From Eledone cirrhosa (lineage: Eukaryota): DNA of 64,000 nucleotides. This document shows positions 1 to 11,027 of the stretch, piece after piece; positions within the stretch are counted from its first letter, which is position 1; each line of letters starts with the position of its first letter. The stretch is taken from NCBI GenBank assembly GCA_964016885.1, contig OZ024742.1, positions 139,996,001 to 140,060,000 of the forward strand. The letters run 5' to 3'. The notes beneath the pieces are model-generated. The model did no database searches, was not told where the DNA came from, and was given only the letters and a program-made list of their open reading frames with translations. Both the position numbers and the translations under genes were made by a program.

Positions 1-23
1 ATAATTCCTCTTTTAACTTTCAG

Positions 24-161
24 ATTGTCAAATATTGGCCAGCTAAAGGAAAGTCTGGATTTTTGGTTTGGCGTTACCTCTTACGAAGAGATGATACTCA
101 AGCTGCACCATGGACAAATTCTGGCAAAAAACGTATCAAAGAACTTGGTCTCTCCATGCAG
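24..161 (+). CDS. UHRF1: UHRF1 internal coding exon (C-terminal end of SRA/YDG domain)
   Basis: Acceptor tttcAG at 23 and donor GTAAGC at 162; 138 nt translate to [46 protein letters not shown], matching the UHRF1 SRA end ([24 protein letters not shown]). Upstream exons lie outside the window. Confidence 0.95.
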
Positions 162-872
162 GTAAGCAACAAATTCTCAATTATTTTCTTAGATTCATTA
201 ATCATTTTACGCCTGCTTTTCCATACTTGTATTGATTGAACAGATCCTTTCCAACACAGCTTTCTGCCAATCATAGCATTCTTTTCCATCTCTCAATGAG
301 GTTCAGTGTTTAGAGATCAGTTCTGACCACCTCTACCCAGGTTTTTCTTGCACTTCCTCTACTACAGTTTCCTTCCACTGGCATTCCCTGACACTTCTTC
401 ACCCAGTGTTCATCATCCATGCACATAACATGTCCATATCACACTACATCTGATTCCTTTTATACATAGCATTTCTCTCAGTTCATCTATGCCCTGTTCT
501 GTTTTTATTTATTTCCAGGTATCATTGACAATAAATCTCATTTAACTCCATCCATCCACACTGACCTTTAACTCCTGGTAGAGTTATAGGGGGCATCATC
601 AATTTAAACCTGACGGAGCCCGTCACTGTTCAAGCCTGAAAACATGGTTTCTTCCAAAGAAAGGGCGAGAGCAAGAAGGCGAAAAAGATAAATAGAGGAA
701 GAATCAATTCTAGGAACTGAACTAATACTTTATCACTCTTGAAATGGCAAAACACAAAGTTGTGCTTGATGGGATTTAAAATTAGAGCACAAATAGACAG
801 AACAAACACCGTAAATCCTTCTATCTGACATTGTAATGACTCTACCTTGGTGTGTTTGTGTGTGTGTGTATG

Positions 873-874
<2 letters not shown>

Positions 875-928
<54 letters not shown>
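875..928. repeat. (CA)n microsatellite
   Basis: Uninterrupted CA run read directly. Confidence 0.95.
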
Positions 929-930
<2 letters not shown>

Positions 931-941
931 TATATCATTGA

Positions 942-3206
942 ATGTCAACGGGCATAAATGAGCGTCTTATGTATTTACGCCTTCTAATTGGTAAAAACAA
1001 ACATGTCACCTTCATTAGTTGCTATGTCCCAACCTTAAATTCTTCTGGGACTATCAAAAATAAGTTTTATTCTGAACTTTTAAACCATGCACCAAGACTT
1101 AACAGGGTCATATTCCTGGGGTATTTCAATACTCATGGTGTAGACCATTTTAACTGGCAAAATTGTCTCATTAAATATGGACTTTCTTTACTCTGCTTGT
1201 GCAGCGAGTTTGGTCTCAGTATAACAATACTTTGTTTCAACAGGCCAATAAATATAGAACCACCTAGAGGTCGAATGCTTGACTATGTCAAACTAACTTT
1301 GGACCTTTTCCCCGACAGAATGTTAGTCAGACCATTCTTTAGTGCGAAGTTGCATGAAAATAAAGCTAAAAACAACAGTTAAACATAACCAGAAACAACT
1401 CCCAAATAAATTGAACACTAAGCTCAAAACTGATACAAGAAACCTTTTGTTTAATGCTTTAGATGAAAATCTGCAGAATATAAACATCATGAAAAATATT
1501 GAGGAATTATGGACCCAGTTGAAAGATAAAATCTTTGAGCCTTCGAAACACTTTCTTGGCTTTTCTAAAAGGAAGAGCTAGGACTGGTTTGATGAAAATA
1601 ATAAAATCATAAATAGGGAACTTCAGGAAATGTACAGGCTACACAAGAAATGGATAGCAGACAAATAATTCTCAAAAGAAAAAGAAAATTACAAAGTGTC
1701 AAAAAAAAAAAAAAAGACAATTCAAACAAAGCTATGCAAAATGAAGCAAAAATGATGGGAAGAAAGAACAAAAGCTCTTCAGGAATCATGACAGGCATAA
1801 CATGAAGTCTTTTTATCGAAATTTGAAGGAAGTGTTTGGACCAAGCAGGAATGGATGCTCTCGCATCCTATCGGTTGATGGAAATCTCTTGCTAGAACAG
1901 CAGGATATAATAAAGTGTTGGGCAGAGCACATTAAAGACGTACTCAACAGGGAATCAAATTCTGATACAAATGTGATAGAAAACCTCCACCAAAGACCAA
2001 TTATGCAAATACGCCATCAACAGCAGAGGTAAAAGCAGCTGTTAAATAACTGACAAATATGGAAGCTCTTGGGGAAGATGGCATACCTGTTAAAGTGTGG
2101 AGACAATGGACTGATACAGAAACTCAGAAATTCTTGTGCAGATCTGGAACTCTGGATCCCCCATCCCCCAACAATGTCATAATTATTCATCTGTACAAAC
2201 ACTTGCACACTCCCTACGAAACCTGCAGTTCATTGTTAAGTTTGCTTCAGCAGCTAGAGGTTTCGGGCTAACAATAAGCATAAAGAAGTCTGAACTCGTG
2301 CTTCAATCAAGGCCAAGAAATAGTCTCAAAACTCTACCACAGATTTATGTTGAAGGCAAAACTCTGAAGACAGTCAGTAGTTTTATATACCTTGAATTAA
2401 CTGTAACTAGTGATGCAAAGTTAGACAAGAAACTGAAATATGCACAGGAAAGGCAAATTTAGCTTTTGGTAAATGTTATGGCAGACTATGGAACACTCAC
2501 GATGTGTCAGTTAAAACAAAAGTTGATATCTCTAAAGCTGTTGTTCATACCACTCTCTTTTATGAGACAGAAGCCTGGACTTTCTATCACAAACACAAAT
2601 CAATTTTCCTTCTAAGGGCAAAATGGGATGATAGTGAAAAATAGTGAAGTGTTATTGCAATGGAATAGAAACGTTCTTGATCAAATTTCAAATGACATGG
2701 TGTGGCTACATTTAAGAAAGAATGCCAAAGCAAGTCTTAGAAAAGTAAGCCGACCACTACTTCACTTAAGACAAGCTGAGGAAAAATTTGAAACATCTGG
2801 ATATGAATATCAACAGCTGGAGAAGAGAAAGCAATGTCATATGAAGCTTATTAACTTTGAAGTAGAACATATTCATCATCAAGACCAGCTGTATGTAAAT
2901 CAAAAGCACATTTATCATCGTTCCTGAAAACTATCAATGTCTTCATTGCAACTTTTCAGCTAGGTCAAATGCTGGAGTGTCATCTCAGGACTCATCGTCC
3001 CTGAAAATTTGGAAAACTTGACATGCAGTGTCTGTAACCGTTCCTGTAAAAATGCTACAGGTCTGAAATTACACATGCTTGCTCACCAAATGGAATAACG
3101 TTGGGACATTTTCTTTGTTGAAATCCACTAATTGGTTCTTGTCTGGGAACTGATTTTGCCTTATCTTCTGTTGAACACTCACACGTTTTCGATGGGAGAC
3201 TCCATC
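942..3206 (+). mobile_element. Degenerate RTE/BovB-like LINE (APE endonuclease + RT fragments + C-terminal C2H2) in UHRF1 intron
   Basis: Fragments GINERLMYLRL..FISCYVPTL (APE), FASAARGFGLTISIKKSE..FIYL (RT) and CSVCNRSCKNATGLKLHMLAH; many stops and frameshifts. Confidence 0.8.
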
Positions 3207-3346
3207 ATATATATTGTATATACAATACACATACAAGATACATCATCATCATATACATATATACAAAAAGTAAACGAAAACAATAAAGTAAACAACATAA
3301 TTCAATGAAGAAATATATTGGTTTAACACTCAATATAGCAAGAAGA

Positions 3347-3382
3347 GTCTTTACGTTTCGACACTAATCCTTCATCAGAAGA
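3347..3382 (-). ncRNA. Minimal type I hammerhead motif (Penelope-type relic), antisense to UHRF1
   Basis: Minus strand reads tctt-CTGATGA-aggattagtgtc-GAAA-CG-TA-aaga: 4-bp stem I, weak stem II, palindromic ACGT stem III. Confidence 0.55.
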
Positions 3383-3725
3383 TAGAACAAGATGAGATAG
3401 AAAGATAGAGAGTGAGAAGAGGAAGAAATGAAAAAAACAATTTTGAGAAAAAGCAAATGTGTATTCAGTTGGTCATTATGGAGGAATATATACATATATA
3501 ATCATCATTTCATTTTCCCTGCTGTCAAGGGTTTCATGTGTCACCAGAGACAAAGTCAGTACTTAATTGGGACACACATGAGCTAACAAAAGAACCCTTG
3601 CTCTAACATGTATATATGCAACGAATCTAGTGAATTGGGTGAGATATTTCATTTTCTTACAATGAGATTATATTGTCAATGTCACCTTTTTTTCTGCCTC
3701 TCCACTCTGTCTTTTCTGTTATCTC

Positions 3726-3921
3726 TTAACACTAGCATTTAAACTGGCCAGAATTCTCTCACCTCTTTCTGTTCAAACCAGCTGTAACCGGTTGTTCATA
3801 TTGATGTTAAGGTATTATCAAAATCTCATGGATTTGATATTATGTGAGGTAATGTCTTTACAACAAAAATATAATAGTATATATATATAGAGAGAGAGCA
3901 ATGTAAATGTTAAAGGGTTAA
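3726..3921. mobile_element. Degenerate piggyBac-like MITE just upstream of a UHRF1 acceptor
   Basis: Ends TTAAcactagcattt...aaatgttaaagggTTAA; same family as 14156-14373. Confidence 0.5.
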
Positions 3922-3942
3922 TCTCTATCTTTGTCTTCTTAG

Positions 3943-4033
3943 TACCCAGATGGTTATCTTGAAGCACAAAATCATAAAGAAGCAGAAAAATCAGAAAAGG
4001 GTAAAAAGAAAAGGACTTCCTCTGAAGCTTCAT
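3943..4033 (+). CDS. UHRF1: UHRF1 coding exon (post-SRA YPDGYLEA and basic linker)
   Basis: Acceptor cttcttAG at 3942, donor GTAAGA at 4034; YPDGYLEAQNHKEAEKSEKGKKKRTSSEAS follows the previous exon in phase 0 (cf. MQ|YPEGYLEA) and ends in phase 1. Confidence 0.9.
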
Positions 4034-4286
4034 GTAAGATTTTCTTTTATTTTCTATTTTTTACTGGTTTCAGTAAATCACATGTTTAGGGCATCGAAGA
4101 AAGAAGGGTATTAATTTATTCCAATTAAATGTATTTGTCATTAAAAAATAATTTTCACTGGCTTTATTGTTGGATTCATAAACTTTTAATTCCTTAGGGC
4201 CTCGAAACGACTCAGGCCATGCTGGGGGCATTGCTTTGAAGAGTTTTTAGTTGATCAAAACCACACTGCCCATTTTTTTTTAGTCT

Positions 4287-4332
<46 letters not shown>

Positions 4333-4336
<4 letters not shown>

Positions 4337-4911
4337 TCTCCAAGACAATGTCACTCGACCGAGATCTTTGGCGCTACACAGTTATACAGAAGACCTGCCT
4401 TGCCTAAGTACAAAGCGAAACCTACAGTCAGTAGGCACCTCTAACAAAATACACCCCCGTCCCACTACCCCCACCCCATCCACACCACCCCCTTAAATGT
4501 GAAGTTATGTTGGTACCACAAAATCCAGTCCGAAACAAATGAGGTTGTGTAGGTGTCACGACAGAAAAACACACAGTCCACGCTGTAATGTGGCCGTGTA
4601 GGTAACACGGTAAAAACCTCCCAGTACACACTGTAAACGTGGTTGGTGTTGGGAAGGGCACCCAGCCGTAGAAAACCCGCCAGACGTGTAGGTGTCACGA
4701 CAATAAAACACACAGTCCACGCTGTAATGTGGCCGTGTAGGTAACACGGTAAAAACCTCCCAGTCCGCACTGTAAACGTGGTTGGTGTTAGGAAGTGCAT
4801 CCAGCCGTAGAAAACCCGCCAAACAACTAATCTTGCCTCAAGTGGGACAATTCCCGTCCAGACCCATGCTAGCGTGGAAAATGGACGTTAAACGATGATG
4901 ATGATGATGAT
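4333..4911 (+). mobile_element. 5'-truncated RTE LINE 3' end with (GAT)n tail
   Basis: Starts with ...SKTMSLDRDLWRY..., the same as the ORF ends at 34919 and 53028; shares the 3' UTR and ends aaacgatgatgatg; follows a (TA)n run. Confidence 0.9.
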
Positions 4912-5027
4912 ATATATTTTGGTCCCTATTTGCTGGACCATTAAGTTACACCAAAGTAAAGACAAACATGGACATACACATATATATGATGGGCTTTTGT
5001 CATATATATTTCAGTAAAAAGTCATTG

Positions 5028-5740
5028 ATCATCATCATCATCATCATCAACGTTTAACGTCCGTGTTCCATGCTTGCATGAGTTTGGACGGGAGTTTTCC
5101 CACTTGAGGCAAGAGTGATTGTCTTGCGCGCATAGGACTGTCTGGCGGGTTTTCTACAGCTGGATGCCCTTCCTAACACCAACCACATTTACAGTGTGGG
5201 ACTGGGAGGTTTTTACCGTGTTGCCTACACGGCCACATTACAGCGTGGACTGTCTGGTGGGTTTTGTACAGCTGGATGCCCTTCCTAACACCAACCACAT
5301 TTACAGTGTGGGACTGGGAGGTTTTTACCGTGTTGCCTACACGGCCACATTACAGCGTGGACTGTCTGGTGGGTTTTCTACAGCTGGATGCCCTTCCTAA
5401 CACCAACCACATTTACAGTGTGGGACTGGGAGGTTTTTACCGTGTTGCCTACATGGCCACATTACAGCGTGGACTGTCTGGTGGGTTTTCTACAGCTGGA
5501 TGCCCTTCCTAACACCAACCACATTTACAGTGTGGGTCTGGGAGGTTTTTACCGTGTTGCCTACAAGGCCACATTACAGCGTGGACTGTGAGTTTTTTTG
5601 TTGTGACACCTAAACGATCTCATTTGTTTCGGCCTGGATGTTGTGGCACCAACATAACTTTACATTGAATGGGGCGGTGTGGATGGGGTGGCGGTGGTGG
5701 GCCGGGGGTGTATTTTGTTAGAGATGCCTACTGACTGTAG
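5028..5740 (-). mobile_element. RTE 3'-UTR fragment containing four tandem 112-bp units
   Basis: (CAT)n tail on +; unit ctgtctgg...cagcgtgga starts at 5138, 5250, 5362 and 5474. Confidence 0.9.
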
Positions 5741-6213
5741 TCAACTGATCAACCTGAGGTAATAGAAACCTTCTCAAGGTGCCACACAGTGCAACAAAAA
5801 CCAAAATCATTTGGTTGTTAAGCGAACTCTTTAATCATACAGCCACCTTTATATGTGAATTTTATGTAAAAATAAAATTTGGGAGTCAGAAACTGCAGAA
5901 GCTTGTAAGATACATAGCTATATATGTGTGTATATTTGTGTTAACATTTGCTGTTTGCCAATTTGTCTTGTTACTTGGCTGTTTGACAGAATGTGATTTG
6001 TAAAATAAGTCCTGGGGTCAATATGATCAACTAAATTCCTTGAAAGTGTTACCCCAGCATGGCCACAGTCTAATGACTAATTTGGGTAAGTATTCACATG
6101 TCTTGAATCTTCCCCGCCTCCCCATGACAATTTTTGAGAGAATTCTTTTATTTGTTCTTAGATTACTTTTTATATTTGTAGTTAATTTTCATTATCTCTC
6201 TCCTTTCTTGTAG

Positions 6214-6350
6214 CTGGAAGTTCAAACAAAAAACGCCAGAAAGTTGCAGCATATAAAGTGGATCCCGCAGTGTCAAAATTATGTAAAGAAGATAGAGCTA
6301 ACTGCAAATTATGGGGTGAAGCAATGCAGTCAACTAAAGAGGGAGCCACG
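6214..6350 (+). CDS. UHRF1: UHRF1 coding exon (linker before RING)
   Basis: Acceptor ttcttgtAG at 6213, donor GTTAGT at 6351; phase 1 entry gives (S)GSSNKKRQKVAAYKVDPAVSKLCKEDRANCKLWGEAMQSTKEGAT; the ED..N.KLW.E motif is typical of UHRF1. Confidence 0.88.
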
Positions 6351-6474
6351 GTTAGTTTAGTTTTTATTGTTGTTGAAGTTCTTAATATATGTAAATGATT
6401 AAATATATTTGACAATTAAAATCAAATAGAGACAGTATAGTTTCAGAGTCTGATCTAGCATGTGAGAACCTCTC

Positions 6475-6830
6475 TAGTACTGGTGCTACGATAAAATGTG
6501 CAGTACGCTCTATAAAGGGGTAGTGTTGGTACCAAGATAAAATGTACCCATTACACTCTGTAAAGTGGTAGTGTTGGTATCACGATAAAATGTGCAGTAC
6601 ACTCTGTAAAGTGGTAGTGTTGGTACCATGATAAAATGTACCCACTACACTCTGCAAAGTGGTAGTGTTGGTACTACAATAAAATGCACGCAGTACACTC
6701 TGTAAATTGTTAGTGCTGGTGCCACAATAGAATACACCCAGTTCACCCTATAAAGTAGTCATGCTGGTGTTGCAAAAAATGTACCCGTGGTTGGTGTTAG
6801 GAAGAGTATACAGCCATAGAAACCATACCA
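6475..6830 (+). repeat. Degenerate ~48-50 bp minisatellite related to the RTE/SINE 3' region
   Basis: About seven copies of tagtgttggtaccacgataaaatgtacccagtacactctgtaaagtgg, ending in gttggtgttaggaag; a similar array lies at about 20830-21010. Confidence 0.8.
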
Positions 6831-7166
6831 TAAATAGAGCATAATGAGCAAGATTGGTTGTACTTAACCTTGGACCATGAAAACCCGAAAGTAGAAACAA
6901 TTATCTATTTGGTGTCCTCAGTTCAGAGTACTAAATCTGAACAAAGCCAATCTCTTCCAAAGAGAGACAGGAAGAATTGACCCTAGTACTTTATTTATCG
7001 ACCTTGAAAGGTTGAAAGGCAGGACTTAAATGAGAGTGCAGTAAGGCAGAACATGTGCCGAAGCATTTTTAATTCAACGTCTTACCAACTTTGTCAATTT
7101 GCCACCGTCTTTGTACCAATGTAAAGAATCATTATTGTAGCAAAGTGTTTTATTTTATTTTAAAAG

Positions 7167-7265
7167 GCATTCTTTTCTAAAGTGGAAGAATTGTTCATCT
7201 GTGTCTGCTGCCAGGAACTGGTTTTCAGCCCCATCACCACCGATTGCGGCCATAATGTTTGCAAA
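7167..7265 (+). CDS. UHRF1: UHRF1 coding exon (RING N-half)
   Basis: Acceptor AG at 7166, donor GTAAGT at 7266; [33 protein letters not shown] matches the UHRF1 RING ([32 protein letters not shown]). Confidence 0.95.
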
Positions 7266-7414
7266 GTAAGTTACTATTTATTAACCCTTTAGTGTTCAAA
7301 CTGCCCCAAACCGGCCGCAATTATTTCCCCTTCATTTGTTGAAACCGCCCCAAGCTGGCCAATAACCCCCACACTAAAATATTGTTCTAAAAATATACAA
7401 TACTGTCATCAATT

Positions 7415-8219
7415 TAGCGTCCACATACTCCCTCCACAACACTGATATCAAGAAGTCCTCTTGTGAACGTGACCTGGGCATTACTATCAGCAGCGATTTG
7501 CGTTGGACAAAGCACATCTCTAAAATTGTCAAGAAGGCCGAGGGTGTCTTAGCATCACTCAGCAAGACCTTTGTTAGCCGCTCTCCAGCCATCTATTTAA
7601 AGCTGTATATAGCTATGGTACGACCACACTTGGAATTCGCATCATCAGTCTGGAACCCCTATCTTCCTCAGAACATTGACCTCCTGGAAACTGTTCAGAG
7701 ACATGCAACCAAGCGCATACCCTCCATCAGACACCTTCCATACTCTGAACACCTTGCTTCCCTGGGCATGGATTCATTGAAGCTCTGACGTCTGGCAATG
7801 GACTTGGTAAACACCCACAAAGTTATTAACCATCTTGCCAACAACAACCCTGAGCACCTTTATGATCTCCATGTGTCTAACACACGTGGACATGCCTACA
7901 AAATCAGAAAACAGCACAGCTCCTATGACTTTCAGAAACATTTTTTCACGCTTAGAGTTGCTGAGGCATGGAACAAACTACCTGCATCAGTTGTTGGCTG
8001 CCGGGACACTGCATCCTTTAGGGCCCCTCATGCTTCCCGAAATTCGCCAAAACTACACCTGATGTCCCCCTTCCATACACATGCACACGTGTGTATATCA
8101 TGACTGGTGCACTGTTCGTTTTCCTGACGTTTGTACATTACCCTATGTACTATACATACACTTTTGATGAGTTGTAGTGCACCTGAGCACTGTACACAAT
8201 ATTTTCATTATTATTATTT
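7415..8219 (+). mobile_element. CR1-clade LINE 3' fragment
   Basis: RDLGITISSDLRWTKHI..RPHLEFASSVWNPY..ETVQRHATKRI..NTRGHAYKI; (ATT)n tail at about 8207-8219. Confidence 0.88.
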
Positions 8220-9707
8220 ATATATCGAGTATTATGCCGAAAACAACGTATTTAAAATTAAACCAGTGTTTGCACCTGGTTGGTACTTCAAATGCCCCTA
8301 TTAATTAATTTCACCTGCCCATAAAAGTCAAATTTAACAAAAAAAAATAGGTAAAATTATATAATTGTAAATTATTGATATTTAAACATCTACTGACAAA
8401 ATTTCAAGCCTGCACATAAAAAATTAAGAAAATTACAAACAAATAAAATTGATAACTCTCTTGAGTATGATTAACTGAAAATAATTGTTTCTACATTAGG
8501 CACAAGGCCAGCAAATACCCAGTACATTACTGGTACTTTATTTTATCAACCCCGTAAGGATGAAAGGCAAAGTTAACCTCGGCGGGATTTGGACTCGGAC
8601 TGTAAAGAAAATAATGTGAACAGATAAACATGACATTTGACAAATTAATGTGAATGCTAAAGGGTTTCATTGCCATATCCCTAGTTTAAAAACAATGAAG
8701 AGTTTGGAGGGATTTAGTAACAACTTTCTCATTGCGTGTGTAGCTTGTGGTGCCCAAGCCCTAGGAGGTGGGGGAGTGACCTTAAAAATGCTTGTTTGTT
8801 GTGTTGCACTTAACCTATATCTAATGAAAGACTATCTATAATTTTCAACTCATTTTGAAAATAATCAAGAATTTGGTGGGATTTAGTAATATAACTAACT
8901 TTATCATTGTTTATCCAGTATTTGGCACATAACTTAAAGGTTCTTATATAAAATTATGATGAAATGTTTTTAGATAAATATATACACTTGAAAAACAGGT
9001 TTGTATTGTAGAACCAGGGACTGTTTCATTTCCTTTTATCAAAAGGATTTATATTTACCTATATTAATTTTTTTTTCTCACTGTTAAGATCAATGTTTTC
9101 TACTGATTCTGTTACATATCATTTACAATATGAATTGTGTATCCAATTTAGAATAGGTATACCACATCCATGCAAGGGGTTGGCACCAGGTAGGGCATCC
9201 AACTGTAAAAGATTACCTCAAAACAGACCATATGATGTGTATAAAACTGTTGTGAGGCTCACAAGGCAAGAAAAATGATTTGTGATAATAACTTGTGCCA
9301 AAATACAGTAACAAATTCTTTGATTTACATAATAGGCACTCCAATCAAAATAATCCCTTTGCAAGTAAAGTAGCCTTTAAAAATGTTGCTGCTGTTGTTA
9401 TATTGTAATTAATTTTGTTTTATTGTTGTATTTAATTGGATATGTTGTAACTATACCTTATGATTGTTTTGAGAGAGCTGGTACAATGCAAATTAGCAAT
9501 TACCAGAAGTAAGAAAAACAAATGAAAGTTTACACTTTTACCTTTTATTTCAAGGTTAAGACTTTTTTTTATCCTCTTACGACTCCATTAGGAGTTATGG
9601 GCCCATACATATATTCTAATTCTCACCGTACCAGCTTTCCTAAAATAATCATAACCACGTATCTCAAAATACTTTATATAAACTGTACTATACTTTATTT
9701 GTTTCAG

Positions 9708-9857
9708 TCCTGTTTGCAACGGTCATTCAAAGCTGAACTTTATTCATGTCCATCATGCCGAGCTGAGTTAGGTAAAGGTTACAGTATGAATACCAACAAG
9801 ACATTGTCAAAAATATTGTGCCAGTTATTCCCTGGTTATGGTGCTGGCCGATCTTGA
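9708..9857 (+). CDS. UHRF1: UHRF1 terminal coding exon (RING C-half, stop)
   Basis: Acceptor gtttcAG at 9707; SCLQRSFKAELYSCPSCRAELGKGYSMNTNKTLSKILCQLFPGYGAGRS*, with the LFPGY..GR C-terminus characteristic of UHRF1. Confidence 0.95.
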   Translation, partial: SCLQRSFKAELYSCPSCRAELGKGYSMNTNKTLSKILCQLFPGYGAGRS

Positions 9858-10687
9858 AATTATATATCACTTCTACAAGAATTGCTCTTACACTGCCATT
9901 ATTTTCCTTCTAGTTCACTTTTGTGTGTTCTTTTGGTCATGAAATAATCTCTCACTTTTATAGGTGCAATCAACTGCATTTAAAACATGCACCACATTTT
10001 ACAACATAGAAACATTGTGTGTCATGTAGCTTGTTGACACCAACATCACCAGAACTTCTTTAAACCCAAACTAAGTTACCCTGTCTTCCAGCCAACATTT
10101 CAAATGCAAACTAAGTCTAACCCTGTCTTCCAGCTTACATTCCAGTTCTGTTTTTTCCCCTCCAGTTTTGTCTTCATTGATAATCTCCATTATGTGCATT
10201 TTAACCTTTCAATACCATATTTCTAATCAAAAACATTGCCTATGATTTTCGAGTCACTTTGAAAATAATTAAGAATTTGGAGGGATTTAGTAATATAACT
10301 TGCTTATTATTAAGTTGGTGTTTGGAACATAACTTAACAAAAGATTCTTGCATAAAATTATGATGGAAGGTTTTTAGATAAATATAAACATTTAACAGTT
10401 TTATATGAGGGACAGCTTGGTATCAGTTGGATAAAAATTTTGATTTAATGATTTAAAAAAAAAAAAGCATTGTAATGAAATTTTTTAAAACATGTTTAAT
10501 CATGGTGTTTTTTTCTCACCCTCATAATTGTAAGATTTATTTTTCTCCCCCTCATAGTTGTATGATTTTTTTTTCTTCTACCACTCTGGTTTGCAATTCT
10601 TTGTTATCCTTCTCTTAAGTAAATATTAATTCTTTTCTAAGGTTTTGCACTTCAGAGAGACAGAAAGGACAAATGAAAGAATGTGAT

Positions 10688-11027
10688 CATCATCATCAAA
10701 TCATCATTTTACGTCCGCTTTTTCCCTGCTTGCAAGGGTGGGACGGGAACTGATTCTGGCTTGATTTCTACAGCTGGATGCCCTTCCTAACACCAACCTC
10801 ATTTACAGTGAGTGCTGGGTGCTTTTTTGCCGTGGCACCTGCACAACCACTTTGCAGTGGAATGATAGGGGCCCCAGTCCCTATCATCTCATTTCTACAG
10901 CTGAGTAAACTAGAGTAATGTGAAATAAAGTGTCTTGCTCAAGGAAACAACACATCACCCGGTCTGAGAATTGAACTCACAACCTTTCGATTGCAAGGCC
11001 AATGCTCTAACCACTAAGCCATGTGCC
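10688..11027 (-). mobile_element. tRNA-headed SINE with RTE-derived 3' tail, downstream of the UHRF1 stop
   Basis: Minus strand begins ggcacatggcttagtggttagagc...gagttcaattc (A and B boxes) and ends ggacgtaaaatgatgat like the RTE tail; a close copy lies at about 21730-22065. Confidence 0.8.

Noticed and set aside
6475-6830. CRISPR-like periodic repeat
   Set aside because: Units are degenerate along their whole length with no unique spacers, and they match a SINE/RTE-associated minisatellite.
9522-9707. N-terminal part of the 111-aa ORF as UHRF1 coding sequence
   Set aside because: Intronic; UHRF1 similarity begins at the acceptor at 9708.
10955-11027. tRNA gene (also at 21310-21380 and 28795-28870)
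   Set aside because: A/B boxes are present but the cloverleaf is imperfect and the sequence continues into SINE body and tail; treated as SINE heads.
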